A stretch of DNA of 53,545 nt. Origin: Chromera velia (taxonomy: Eukaryota). Made by a program: the position numbers and the translations under genes. Numbering within the stretch: position 1 is the first letter of the stretch; each line of letters starts with the position of its first letter. The notes beneath the pieces are model-generated. The model saw only the letters and a program-made list of their open reading frames with translations. It searched no databases and was not told the DNA's origin. This document shows, piece after piece, positions 24,787 through 37,100 of the stretch. The DNA is taken from contig JAHBMJ010000226.1 of the NCBI GenBank assembly GCA_018398765.1, forward strand, positions 1 through 53,545. Reading direction: 5' to 3'.

Positions 24787-25767
24787 GCTTGCAATTCACT
24801 CTTAATGAGGATAATGAAAATCGATCAGCAAAGGTTGGCGCGAAACCACAGGAAAAGCCCTCCCAACCGCGAAGAAAAAAGACCGAAGAAATGCGCCTGT
24901 GTGGTTCTAAATCACCAAGAACTGAGTCGGTCAGGGTGTCGAGCTCAGGTTCCTCTTTGTTTCTGATTTTATATACAGATTGCCAGTTGATTGAAGGCTG
25001 CAATTCGCTAATTCAGTCCGACCATACTGTTGACCAGAACTCATGCGAAAGTCTCTCTGAGGCTCTTCTTTCTCTTCACTCTGTTTCAGACGTCCGCTGT
25101 GGAGTGAGCGTGGACTAGCTGTCACGAAGTCGTTCATCACTGTTGGGTTGTTGGTTTGACGTTGAAAATGCATTTCTTAAATTAATTATTATATAATAAT
25201 AATTCCTTTTCCAATTAATGATCGAACGCTGCCGTGCATGCATGCATGTGGCATGCACTGTGCGCGCGCGCGGCCGCGCCGCGCGCGACCATGCATGCAT
25301 GCATGAACTGACAAAATCGCGAGATCCTATATAGCATCCTATATCATGCATCCTATAGCTCCCCGAAAAAAATCTTAAATCGTCAGCTAAATCTAGCTTG
25401 TGAGGTATCTCTTTGTGATATCTGACATTTGCCAACTTCTCGAGTCGGTTAATTCGCCAGCTTCCTGCCATCAAGGATACTTCGATGCGTTTCTCTCAAA
25501 CGGTCGACGTCAAGTCTGTGCGAATATTTGAAGGCAATCGGGTCCACTGTTATGTGTGTGGCCCACAACCCTCGGCGAGTTCTGGCTGGTTGGCAACTTT
25601 TCCCGTCTCTTGAAACAGGACCTCGATCCCCCACGTCAAAGTCACGATCGGTGATCCCTGCTCGGCTCAGAACTTCTTGCAGCATCGATCCCTCTCTTTC
25701 TTTCTTCTAGACACAGAGAGACTTTGCCCCTTCGACGTTGCCCGGTAGCAGGAGGGGCATCTTCAGA
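24787..25767. promoter_or_regulatory. Putative bidirectional promoter between the calpain and GT25-like genes
   Basis: Symmetric (TGCA)n - GC run - (TGCA)n core at ~25234-25305, near the middle of the interval. Confidence 0.55.
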
Positions 25768-27977
25768 ATGCAGTCCCTCTTCATTTCCATCGCCGTCTCC
25801 TTACCCTTACTTTGTGGTGAGCTGTCCTTTGTGGTGTTCTTTTTTTTCGACTCTGTTTCTCCATTTCATTTGAGTCTCTTTATCTGAAGTGCTGGAAGAA
25901 GTTTCAAGTCCTCTCGTTTTCTTGCGACTCGCGTTTGCCTTCCTTGCCATCCCATTTTCCTCCTTCGTCTGAACGTTATCGTTTGGTCGGCATTTTACCT
26001 GCAGGTTCCCATGAGAGTGCCGTCGCTCGGGGGGAAAAAGTTCGGATGGCGTTTGTCGTCTCACACTCTTCCGAAGCCTCCCTTCTCTCAGCGTTCAAAG
26101 ACAGCTGGGCAAAGGGAGTGTTGACACGCGGCATACCGCTGCGAGAGGCATCCAGTGGAGATAAGGAGGGGGGAGGAATTGAAGTGAAGGGAAAGACGGC
26201 CGCAGACCAAGGAGTGATGTGGGATGCAGAACAGGTCGTTGAAGAAGGACGTCATACACGGCACAGAGCAAGCAAGAGGCTTCAAGTAGAACGACACTTC
26301 GAAGCCTTGAAAGGGATATCCGAAGCTCCCCGTGAGTCCTCTGCAGAGTGGTTTGCGGTGTTCGAGGACCAGCTTTCTCCCTTGTTGATACGGAAGGATC
26401 TGTCAGAAGTTGTCGCAAGTGCACCGGCTGACGCAGAGCTGATAGCGCTCGTGCCCGAACAGTTGCTTGCAGACAACACATGCGGCACAAATGAGGCAAC
26501 AGCAAATCCTTCCGCCCCCTCCTCTTCAGTCAAATTTGTCAAATTCCAGTGTTGCACAGGAATGGCATGCTGGAAGTCGTGTCCATGCAAGGGCTCTGCT
26601 GGGTACCTCCTGAGGGCCCGGCGTGCCGACCTGCTCTTGAATTCTCTGTTTCCCATGACCAACAGCTTCGACGTTGCGTTCTGGAATTCACAGGCGCACG
26701 CAGACTCAGTGCAGTATGTCCGGAGAGGCTTCTCCCTCGGGCAAGGGGGGGTTTATGCCGTGTCAAGTGAGACACCAGTTTTTGCATTTCCCCCCCCTTC
26801 TGCTGCTGTAGCAAGCAGTGAAGGGAAGGGTGCGGTGAACAATTGGGTGAAGTCCTTTTCGTGGGAGGGGAGCGAGGAGAGAGTCCGTCTAGATATTGAG
26901 AAAGACCGACCTCTTTTGGGGTTTTGGGGTCATGTCGCATTTTTCTTCTCCATCTTTGTTCTCGTGTGTGTTGGGTGGCAGTGTGGGATCATCCCGATCA
27001 TCATCGCATGTGGAGGCATCAAACGGTGTGGGCCCGGTAGTCCGTTTGCCTATTGGCTGGTCAGTCAGTCAGTCAGTCAGGAAGGAAGAAATTAACAAAA
27101 TGGGTCGGTCGATGGATGCATCATGGGTTCTTTTCGGCTTGCTTGCTTGCTTTCCAAATCTGCCGAGATAAAGCGAAGAAAACGGTTTTCACGTGAATGC
27201 TCGACGTGCATAAACAAAGTGCGGAAGCAATGAAGTCACGTGCTCACGAAAAAGTCAATACGGTCTTCTCTGCTCTCCGTGCATTCATCCCTCCTTTCAT
27301 TTCTGCAATTTCCCCGTTCTAATGACCGATCTGTCAGCCTGCCTGCCTGCCGGCCTGCCTGCCTGCGTGTGTTGTTTCGATATTTTTGTTGCAGTCCTCT
27401 CCGTCTGTCTGTCAGTTTTCTTCTCCATCTCACAGAAAGAAACGCAGAACCCCCCCCCCCCCTTNNNNNNNNNNNNNNNNNNNNNNNNNNNNNNNNNNNN
27501 NNNCCCCCCCCCCCTTGTCTCTTTTCGCTCCGAGTGTTCTTCTTTTCTTCACAGTTCGGGAAACCGAAGTACCTGAAAGAGCTTGAAGAGCAGAGAGAGC
27601 GGGAGAGAAAGAGGAAGGAAGAAGAGGAATCGGAGACTATCGGGGCGTCTTTTGCGTCCTCCGCTGCGGGAGCACTGCCTTGCAGCAAAAGCCAGAACGG
27701 TGGTGGGGGAAATGCCGTAAGCGACAGTCATTCTTTGTCGACTCTCACCAGCAGAGGGGGCGCAGGTGGAGGTGGAAAGAGCACGGCGGCGGTCTCATTG
27801 GGTCTGTCCCGATCGACGTGGGAAGAGGATGGGGGGGCAGGGGAGGAGGATCAAATTGAATTAATGGAAGGTGGGGGCAGGGGAAGCAGCAGGGAGATGG
27901 AGATGGACAGAGAGTACCAGGGCATCAGCAGGGGTGGCGCCCCACTTGGGGAGGAGGCACCACTCTGTGGTCAGTGA
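25768..27977 (+). CDS. Type I membrane protein (~508 aa) with glycosyltransferase family 25-like lumenal domain
   Basis: Exons 25768-25816 (MQSLFISIAVSLPLLC signal peptide), 26005-27059, 27555-27977 join in frame. Motifs RHFEAL..WFAVFEDQ..ADAELIAL..GSAGYLLRARRADLLLNSLFPMTNSFD resemble GT25. TM segment FWGHVAFFFSIFVLVCVGW precedes a charged cytosolic tail. The family call is by motif resemblance only. Confidence 0.7.
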
Positions 27978-29748
27978 AACGAAACGAAATAGACAGATAG
28001 AAAGGACGCCTGATTCCTTCCGCTGCGGTCTGGCAGTCTCTCCTTTCTTTGCTTGGTTGTTTCGTGTAGAACAGAAAGGGCGTAGGTGCTCATGAATAGT
28101 CAAAGCGGTAAAATGAGGGCTACTGCTTCGCAAATTGTGCTAAGGCGAAGTCGCGTACTCTCATAGAGTCAGTCTGAGAAAGAATGGCAGCAGATAAGGG
28201 AATCTGTTGGAAGCTGTGAGCAGAAAGAATTGTACAAAGGGACAGATGGCTGAGCAACGGGAAAGGTGTCGTCCAGTTACGGTATCGAGAGGTTTGAAAC
28301 GCATCGTAGATACCCCTTTTTTTGTGCACTGCTCGCTTACCAAGGTGGACTGGTTCTTATGCAGCGATCTATACGGCACACATTGTGAGGGTTTTCAATG
28401 TTTTCCAAAGTTGCAGCTGTGGCGTTTTTTGAACGTTTTTTTCCCTTTGCAGGTGGAGCAGAAAGCCCAGAAATGAGGGGACGAGGCGGGAAGAAAGTGA
28501 TCAGGGGAAATGGAGGACTTTGACCCTGGCAGCGACTCGATCCGAGTCGATCGATCAGATCAGAAACCAACACCTGATTCCAACCAACAGTAAACGTTAA
28601 AAGAAAACTCAATAAAACTTATTATAAAAGCCTGGTTCGATCCTTTCTAGGTTCCTTTCTGTATATAATCACTCCGGTCATTCCCTAAGTCACTTCCCAC
28701 TTGTAAGTGTCTAGGTAAATATAGTGATAAAAGTAAAACAGTTCCTACGTTAAACAGAGGTCAAATAAGAAATCATGTAGTATGACAGATGAATTGTAAG
28801 AAAAAGTGAAGCCAACTAACTTAGAAGTAACATTATCATCAAACTTTCCAAACTAGACTCATGCTACCTATATAGACTTGCTCTAATTTTTTTATGTACA
28901 TTGCCTCAATTAAAGATGTTTTTGAAAGTTAAAAAAGCTATAAATTATTAAAACGTATATCAACTTTGAATCTGTTATACGCTCTTTTATTTTCAAAGTT
29001 TTCAAATCATAAAAGTTTTTAAATATAAAGTTTGTGTTTAGACTTTATATTCAAAATTTAAATTAAATAATTAAACTTTAGAGATCATACCTAGGTTGAA
29101 CGACATGCTCACGTTAGAGACTATGAGGATTTTTTACCATAAAAAAACATAAAAATTGAATTTTCCTAGTATATTATGACGCTAGTTATGACAACAGTGA
29201 CATATAGTGAGTCAGTGACACTATGACAAGTGAATGTGTTGAAAGATTCAGCAAAAATAATTATGATCTAGATCATAGACTAGACGATGATTGACTCGAT
29301 GTTTCCAAGGAGAAGGCTCCAAGAAGCCGTAGAGAGCGTATGGAGGGTACACTTGAGGCTAGACTTGAGGGAAGATCAGGGCCTGCAAACTAGCCTGCAA
29401 ATTAATTGATCCCTTTTGCCTCGATCGACTAGGCCTCGAAGAATGTGGACGGAACCACGCTTGCTTGGTATCCAACCGGCATGCAAGCCTCTTTTTGACA
29501 GAGAAAGAAAGCGCCCACGCAGCATGCAATGCAAAGAGAGCTCAAGCCACATGCATGCACTGCGGCTTTCAGAGACTCAATTCTGCTTTCCGAACGGCAC
29601 CTTTCACGTACTGAAGGAAGGATTCATTCGTGTGCATGCATTCATGCAGCATGCTGCATGGGGAGTGACGTGTCTTCATCTGTCCCGCCATGCCCAAGCA
29701 AGTGGACGCCCGTCAGTCAGAAAGGCGTGATGTGATGTATGTCAGGGG

Positions 29749-30081
29749 NNNNNNNNNNNNNNNNNNNNNNNNNNNNNNNNNNNNNNNNNNNNNNNNNNNN
29801 NNNNNNNNNNNNNNNNNNNNNNNNNNNNNNNNNNNNNNNNNNNNNNNNNNNNNNNNNNNNNNNNNNNNNNNNNNNNNNNNNNNNNNNNNNNNNNNNNNNN
29901 NNNNNNNNNNNNNNNNNNNNNNNNNNNNNNNNNNNNNNNNNNNNNNNNNNNNNNNNNNNNNNNNNNNNNNNNNNNNNNNNNNNNNNNNNNNNNNNNNNNN
30001 NNNNNNNNNNNNNNNNNNNNNNNNNNNNNNNNNNNNNNNNNNNNNNNNNNNNNNNNNNNNNNNNNNNNNNNNNNNNNNNNN
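29749..30081. other. Assembly gap (N run); smaller gaps at 27465-27503 and 33003-33070
   Basis: N runs, each bordered by poly-G or poly-C. Confidence 0.99.
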
Positions 30082-30837
30082 NGGGGGGGGGGGGGGGGCA
30101 GCGGATCTTGTTCAATTGGGGCTGAAGGTAATTCTCTCTACAGCAATGTCGCTCTCTCTGTCTCGCTTTCCTTTTTTTCAGCTGGATCCAATCGAGTGCG
30201 CTTCGAAATCCGTTGCTTGATCGATTGTCATCATCACAGACAGGGGAGGGAGGGAGTATGCAGCCACACGTGTTGTGTGTGTATTCATGACCGGGAGGGG
30301 GTAGTGACTGATGTTGGCCAATCAGGGCAGATTGGTGGGTAAAGCAGCAGTCAGTCAAGGAAAAGGAGGGGCCAGGAAGGAGCTAGAGTCTGTGACGCAG
30401 CTAGAAGATTGGAGGAAGAAGCACAGGGTCACATCTCCTCTCCTCTCCTCTCCTCTCCTCTTCGTTCCTCTCCCACCACCTCAGGGGGACGTTGAGAAGG
30501 GCAAAGCAAAAAGGGTCTGGAAGGAAATGCGAAACCAGAACGGCGAGGCGAAAAAGGAAGAGAGGAAGGAAGGAAGGGGGAACAATGAAACAGTGAGAGG
30601 AAGCAGGAGACAACACACGCGGCACGGCGAAGTTGCCAAGGGGAATTTGCTGCTTTCAGAATCAGGAAAAAAAAAAAAAGCAGAGGTAGAGGTGGGTCGA
30701 CAAAGGCCATGAAAAGAAGGCACAAAATGCACAAATGAGAAAAGACGTGCGTGCACGGGAACAGAGAGGGCTGAGGTCGATCCGCGACATCATCAAGAAG
30801 AACCAGGGAGGGTGTGGAAGGAATATGAACGTTCAGT

Positions 30838-33800
30838 CTATCGTCTTCCCCCCCCACCACCTGTCAATCCACGGCTTTCCTCCTCCTCTGCCCCTCCCCC
30901 CCTCCCTCCTTGCTGCCCCCTTTGTGCACCCCCGCTGCCCTGAACTCTCTGTTGCAATTGCTGCATTTGTCCACCACAGTTTGCTGCACCGCAGCCCCCG
31001 GCAGCAGCAGCGGGTCTGGCCGCCCCGCTGTCTTCGCCCAAACGGATTCCCCGACCCCCTCCCTGCCCCCCACCGGCACCGCCCCCGCTGCCTGAAGACC
31101 CTGAAGCTGCTGCGCCTCCACCACTCACGCTGCTCGCGGCTCCCCCAGCCCCGGCTGTTTTAGACTGAGCGGCTTTCCGCCTGATATCCACCAGCTTCGT
31201 TGCTGCTGAGAGGAAAGCAGAGTCTACTCCTTGAGCAGTCTGCACACACACACACACACACACACAAGAGCTCATATTCAATTTGCTTCACGTCTTGAGC
31301 CCGCATCCTGTCTTGCTTGAGCGACAAAAAAAGATCTCTCAAGAAGAGTTGTCTCCTCAGAATTGGACAACAACAGAAACAAAGAGATCATGAAAGTGGA
31401 AGAAAAAAAGGCGGGGTGGGGGCCTCTTCCTCCCTCTTCCTGCTGCCCTTGTACAAACAAACCTTTGCTGATGTGCTGACGTACGAGGCCCCAATTTTGT
31501 CGGCAAAGGCTCGAGCCTCCGCGTCGGTCACCTGCAGCTCGCCCTTCAGATCTGCCTTGTTCCCGATGAGAATCTTGATCGTTGTGGGCCCCAGCTCGTG
31601 GTGCTCCTCCACCTGCTTCATCCAGGACTCCTCAATGTTCTCGAGGGACTCCCTGCATCCATTCATGCGATTCATTCATTTATTCATTCATTTATTCATG
31701 CACTCAGTGCATTCAGACGTAGCAGACAGAAAGAGAAACGCTTAGATTGTGTGTCAAATCTGCTCTGTCCACCACCGGAATGATTCGGCTTCATTCTCAA
31801 CACCCCCCCCTCCTGGAGGCGCCTGCGTGGATGAACAAGCAAGGAGCTTCCATAAATTCGAAAATCGGCTCATCTCGTTTTCGATCAACATGAAGAAAAA
31901 GGGGGCCGACTAAGATCGAGCGAGACAATCATGTATGCACGCATGCAGTCGACAGAGAGAGACCGCAAGAAGGAAACGAGGGAGAAATAACGCAGCAGGG
32001 GAGAGGGCCCGACCTATTCGTCGCATCAAACACAAAAACGAAGCCATCCGCATTACGGTAGTAGTTCCCAGTCACCACGCCGAATCGCTCCTGCCCCGCC
32101 GTGTCCCACTGCAATCAATCAATCCTCGATCGAGCATGCATGCACTCATCATATGAATATATCATGCATCTAGTCGTTCATGCTGGAAAGAAATTCACAA
32201 TACATCATGCTCTCAGAAAAGAACCGTGCTCATGTAAATACAGCGGAAAGAAACGCCCCCCCTGTCGTTCAATGAGGGCGATGGAGGACGATTGATTATC
32301 CTTGCATCGGCGAAACTTGTTATGCTCCTAACGTCCAGGCAATGGCACCAGTTTCCTTCCGGGAAGGGAAACGCATGGATAGAGACACGAAGAGATGGGA
32401 AGGGAAAGAAAACGAATAATCAAATCAGAAGGGGAAGGAAAAGGGAAGATTTCTTCTCTCCCGCTTCCGATCTTCCTCGCACAGTTCATCCTCGTTCTTT
32501 TGCAGCTTTCTTTGCAGACCCCAGTGAGAAGCGCTGCACATGTCCACCCACCTACTTTCTCAAACCAACTTCTGGACACAGAAAATACAGACGAAAATGC
32601 AAATGAACGCGTGCGTGATTTCTCTCCCCTACCCCCTCACCCACCAATTGCAGTTTGACCAGTTTTCCCTTCACCATCGTGATCACAGTTTTGAAATCCA
32701 CCCCGATTGTTGCCACGTGAAAGTCTGCATAGTAATCCTGAGTGAACCTCGTCAGAAGACACGACTTCCCAACTCCGCTGTCCCCCACGGTCACCAGCTT
32801 AAACTTGTAGTCACCGTCGCCCTGCATGCTTGCATGCATGCACGTCAACCGAAAAGAAAAGAAAGTGAACAGGAAGAAACAGATCCGCGAAAAACGCTGT
32901 GTGTGTTGAACCGAGGCCAAAGCCGGGGTGTCTTTTAAATCCGTCCTTTCGACTGCCCGAAGCTCATCCCACAAAGTGTTTTTTGCGTGCCCCCCCCCCC
33001 CCNNNNNNNNNNNNNNNNNNNNNNNNNNNNNNNNNNNNNNNNNNNNNNNNNNNNNNNNNNNNNNNNNNNNCCCCCCCCACAGCTAGAGAAGAAGACAACA
33101 TTAGATCCTCTCCTTCTCTTCTTTTTCCTGGCTCTCCAACAAACTCTCAGCAGAGGAACCGACACAACGGCAGAACGATGAGCGGACTTACCGAGAGACG
33201 AAACAGAGGCGGTCAGGCCGAGCCAGAGAAAAGAAAGGGTGCAAGAAAACGAAGCAAGAAAGACGGAAAGAAATGCCACAACCAAGAAAGAAAACCCTCG
33301 AGAAAGAAATGAGAAAGAAAGAAAGAAAGAAAGAAAGAAACGGAACGAAAAGAATGCAAACAAAGAAGGAGAACCCAACTGACTGACCGCGCCGTCCCTG
33401 ATTTCGAGACAAGTAAGGAAAAAGAGTTTCTTGCTAATCCTCTGGCTGTGAGAGGATCCTCCTTCGTCACCTGCGGTCAGTGAGTCAAAAAAAACAAGAG
33501 AGAGCAGCAGGCAGACAGACAGGAAGGAAGGGGCAGACATAAACACAAAATCAAAAAAGTCCAAAGGAGGAACACCTCTGCAGAGCACGGGTGATTCCCG
33601 TCCTTCGGCGGCAGTTTTCTCCTCTCCAAGAGGGGAGGGGGGTTTCGAAAATGCCCTACGATGAACGAATGGGCAGGGGACCCCTGGCTTCACAATATGC
33701 CTTCCTCGCTAGCTTCCTCACTGACTGACTGGCTCACTGACCGAGGGCGTCTCCTCTATCCTCCCTTCCTCCCCCCTCTTTGTCCTTGTCTTTCGACGAG

Positions 33801-34082
33801 CTCCCACTGCGCTCCTTGGAACCTCCAAACACGAGCAGCTTGTCGTGGAGGACAGCTGCGGAGTGGCCCCGGACGTTCACCGTGCCTTCGTAGAGAGGTC
33901 GGGACCACTTCTTCTTGGAAAGCTCCAGAATGTAGAGGTCAGACGTCTCCAGAAATGTCTGCACGCATCCATCGACAGTGTGTGTGATGCACACCAACTT
34001 GATGAAGTGTACTCAGATGGACTTTGACTAGTCGAGACGAACATGTAGGCATGATTCTGTTGGAAAAGATTGTGTAGTACCA

Positions 34083-34118
<36 letters not shown>

Positions 34119-37100
34119 ACGCACACAGACACAGAGAGAGGGGGGNGGGGGGGGGGGCGGGAGAGAAATACAGAGAGAGGAGACTTCCAAATCTGTTTGC
34201 CTTCCCGACTGCTGCTTCCTCTGAGATATCTGGCTACAGGCACAGATAGAAAAAAGAAGGCTCGCTCTTTTGTGTCTGCACCCAGAACTGACTGCGGCTG
34301 GGGGGTGGAGGTAGAAAAGCAAAGCAGTCGTTGAAGAGACAACAAAAAAAGAAAGTAAGTCTCCATGACACCCCTATGCACACCAAACGACACTGACGGA
34401 AGGGGAGTGGGACACCCTCCCCTTCCTGTCCTCTGACTGACCAGTCCTGCGAAGACGAACAGCCGGTCCCCCACAAGGGAGAGCGAGTGGAACAACCGAC
34501 CCATCGGGGGTGTGTGGGAGATCTCAGGCGTGCTCCTGCAAACCAACCAACCAAGGAACAAACAACAGCAGAGAAGGGAAAAAGATAGATAGACCAGACA
34601 GAAGGAAAACGCGCACAACTATCAAGAGAACCCAACAAGTAGAAAACTCTCTTTCGAATCTTGTTTGTTCATTGCGGTCAACCTGTCTTGTCTCAATCCA
34701 CATTTGTTTAGCAAAAAATGGCTTGATCTCCGAGACCGTACATGCTATGCCAACCCACACAACCAGCCACAGAACAAAGACTGTGTGATTCTCTCCTTGC
34801 CTCCCTCCCTTTCTCTTTCTCTCTCTTTCAGTAACCAACGAACCACTCCATGGTGTCACAGTCCAAGGCATACAGCTTGTTGTCCCTGTTGGGCCCTCCG
34901 AACATCAAAACTTGGTTGGAGGCAGACACGAACTCGCACTTGTGCCCGTACCTGCAGCAGGCCATGCCATTTAAGTTCACCCGCCTCTCGCTTAAGACAT
35001 CGACAGAGAGAGAAAGAAAGCAAGAAAAAAAAGAAAGAAAGACCGTCAATCCGATTTGCCAGCATGCAAGAAGAGCAGGCAGTCTCCAAAATAGACCTGG
35101 CAACATAAAAGCAAAATGGAGACTCGTTGCCCGATCCGCACGTGCCTCAGTCTCTCTTGTTCACGTGTCGCATTGAATGATCGGCAGATCCATTTTAAAG
35201 GGATGGATGGACCAGATGAATAACTTTGCCGGCCGCCACAAACAAATAACTGTTCATTACAGCACGGTGCACAACGAAACAAAACACCGTCCCTGTGTGC
35301 ACACACACACATAAACAAATACCCTCTGTGCACACACACAAAAATATACAGACAGTCGAATACATACATACAGACAGACAGACAGACACCCTTCCTGTAC
35401 AAACAAAAACAAATATTTGTATACAGACCGTCGAACAACTTGAAAGAATCAAAGAAGGAGGATATGTACAAAATCGTCTCACTCACTCACTTTGCTCCCG
35501 GAAGTGTTCCCTTCTGTTCCGTCTTGCTCCAGGAAGACGAAGAGGAGTCGAGCAGGTCAAGGGGAAGCACCCAAAGTTCATCTGAAATCTGCAAAGCGAG
35601 AGAAGACACGTAAACAGGCGGGCAAGAGAGGAGTGAAAACGAAAGAATGAGAAGGTGAAACAGGGCGGAATCACAAAAGAAACGACATGGTGAGAGGGAG
35701 GGAGGGAGCGACAGCCAGCGAGAAAGAGAGAGAGAGAGAGACCAAGGCGGAGACGGACAGCTGCAGACGAGACGAGCCCATGCGTAGAAGAAATGACTAA
35801 AGTTCCCCTCGTTCCTTTCTTCTTCACTTCTTTCACTCACCTCAGTGTAATTTGAGTCAGTCACTCCGCCGTGCACGATCAATTTGTCCTTCGCAACTGC
35901 ACAACGAACAAGAAAGAGGGACGGGCACAAACAGGCAGGGAGGCCGACAGAATAATCAAACCATCGAGAGCCAGAATATCCTTGTCTCATACAATGCGTC
36001 TAACCAGAGTTCACGACCCCTCTAAGGAGGATTGACAGAAAGGCAGAAAGAAAGAAAAGCCAAAACGCGAAGGAAGGCTCAGACAGTTGGCCAGACTACA
36101 TGAAAACAGCCACAGGCTCTCCTTTTTCAGAGAAAGGCAAAGACGTTGTTCTTGCGCCACGTAAAAATGCACGAAGGTGTATAGCCAGGCACCAATTACG
36201 AAGGAAGCGTCCAAGCATGCGACCCACCACAAGCGCTATGGAACCCCCTGGCTGTCGGTCCCTCTCCCTCCTCAATCTCGCAACGTTCCCATTGGAGCTT
36301 CGACACCTGCATGCACAACATCACATCTCATCACAGTGAGCGTGCGTTCGTCAACAAGAGGGGGGCCAGAAGGCGTGCGTGCGTCAACAACAGGGTTCAG
36401 AGGGAGGGTGGGTCAATGTTTGGACAGCAGACTGGCTGGCTGGCTGGCTGAGCCCTGCAGGCCATGCTAACAAAATTCGACCTTGTCACTCACATCCACA
36501 CACACACGTGGGCTGAGACGATGAAGACCCAAAGAGAGAGCAGACAGACGTGGAGCGTTCAGACAAAGGGAAAGAAGGATTGATTCAAAGAGAGAGAAAG
36601 AAAGAGCATGTCATATCTGTCTGTCTCAAGCAAGCAAGCTGACGTGAAGAACGTAGACCTCAGCAGAGGGCGCTCCCTGATGGGCCCACGGTTTCGCCCT
36701 CGAGCCCATCACGGGGGGGGCTGGGAAGGACGCGGAGAGCTGGTCGTCCAATGCGATGTCCCCAGAGGAGTCGCTGGCCATTCCGCCGAACAGGACCAAC
36801 TTGTCGTCCCTCCACACATTCAGAGAATGGCCAAAACGGGCGGAGGGTTTAGAGAACCCCCCCGTCGTCTGCTCCTTCCAGGAAGTCGTCTCTGCGGAAG
36901 AAGAAGGAAAGGCACGGAGAAGAGAACGCGAAGGAGAGAAAAAGGAGTGGATTGGGGCTGGAGGGAGAGGCGGGGGGAGGGTGCGCACAAGGAATGGATG
37001 GAAGTGGCACTGCAGCATCCATCGGGTTGATCCATCCGTATTCTTTCTGGTGTATTTATTGTTCATGCATGTTCGTGCTGCTGCTGCGTCTTTTCTTTTC

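Noticed and set aside
29200..29226. tatagtgagtc and gtgacactat resemble T7 and SP6 promoter fragments
   Set aside because: Only 10-11 nt partial matches within a small hairpin, with no other vector sequence.
29690..30358. ORFs spanning the N run
   Set aside because: Artefacts of the assembly gap.
32645..32827. Independent short Rab gene starting MQGDGDYK
   Set aside because: The ATG lies within a typical atgcag acceptor, and the upstream Kelch exon ends in a matching-phase donor with no stop. Fusion is preferred, though not proven because of the N gap in that intron.
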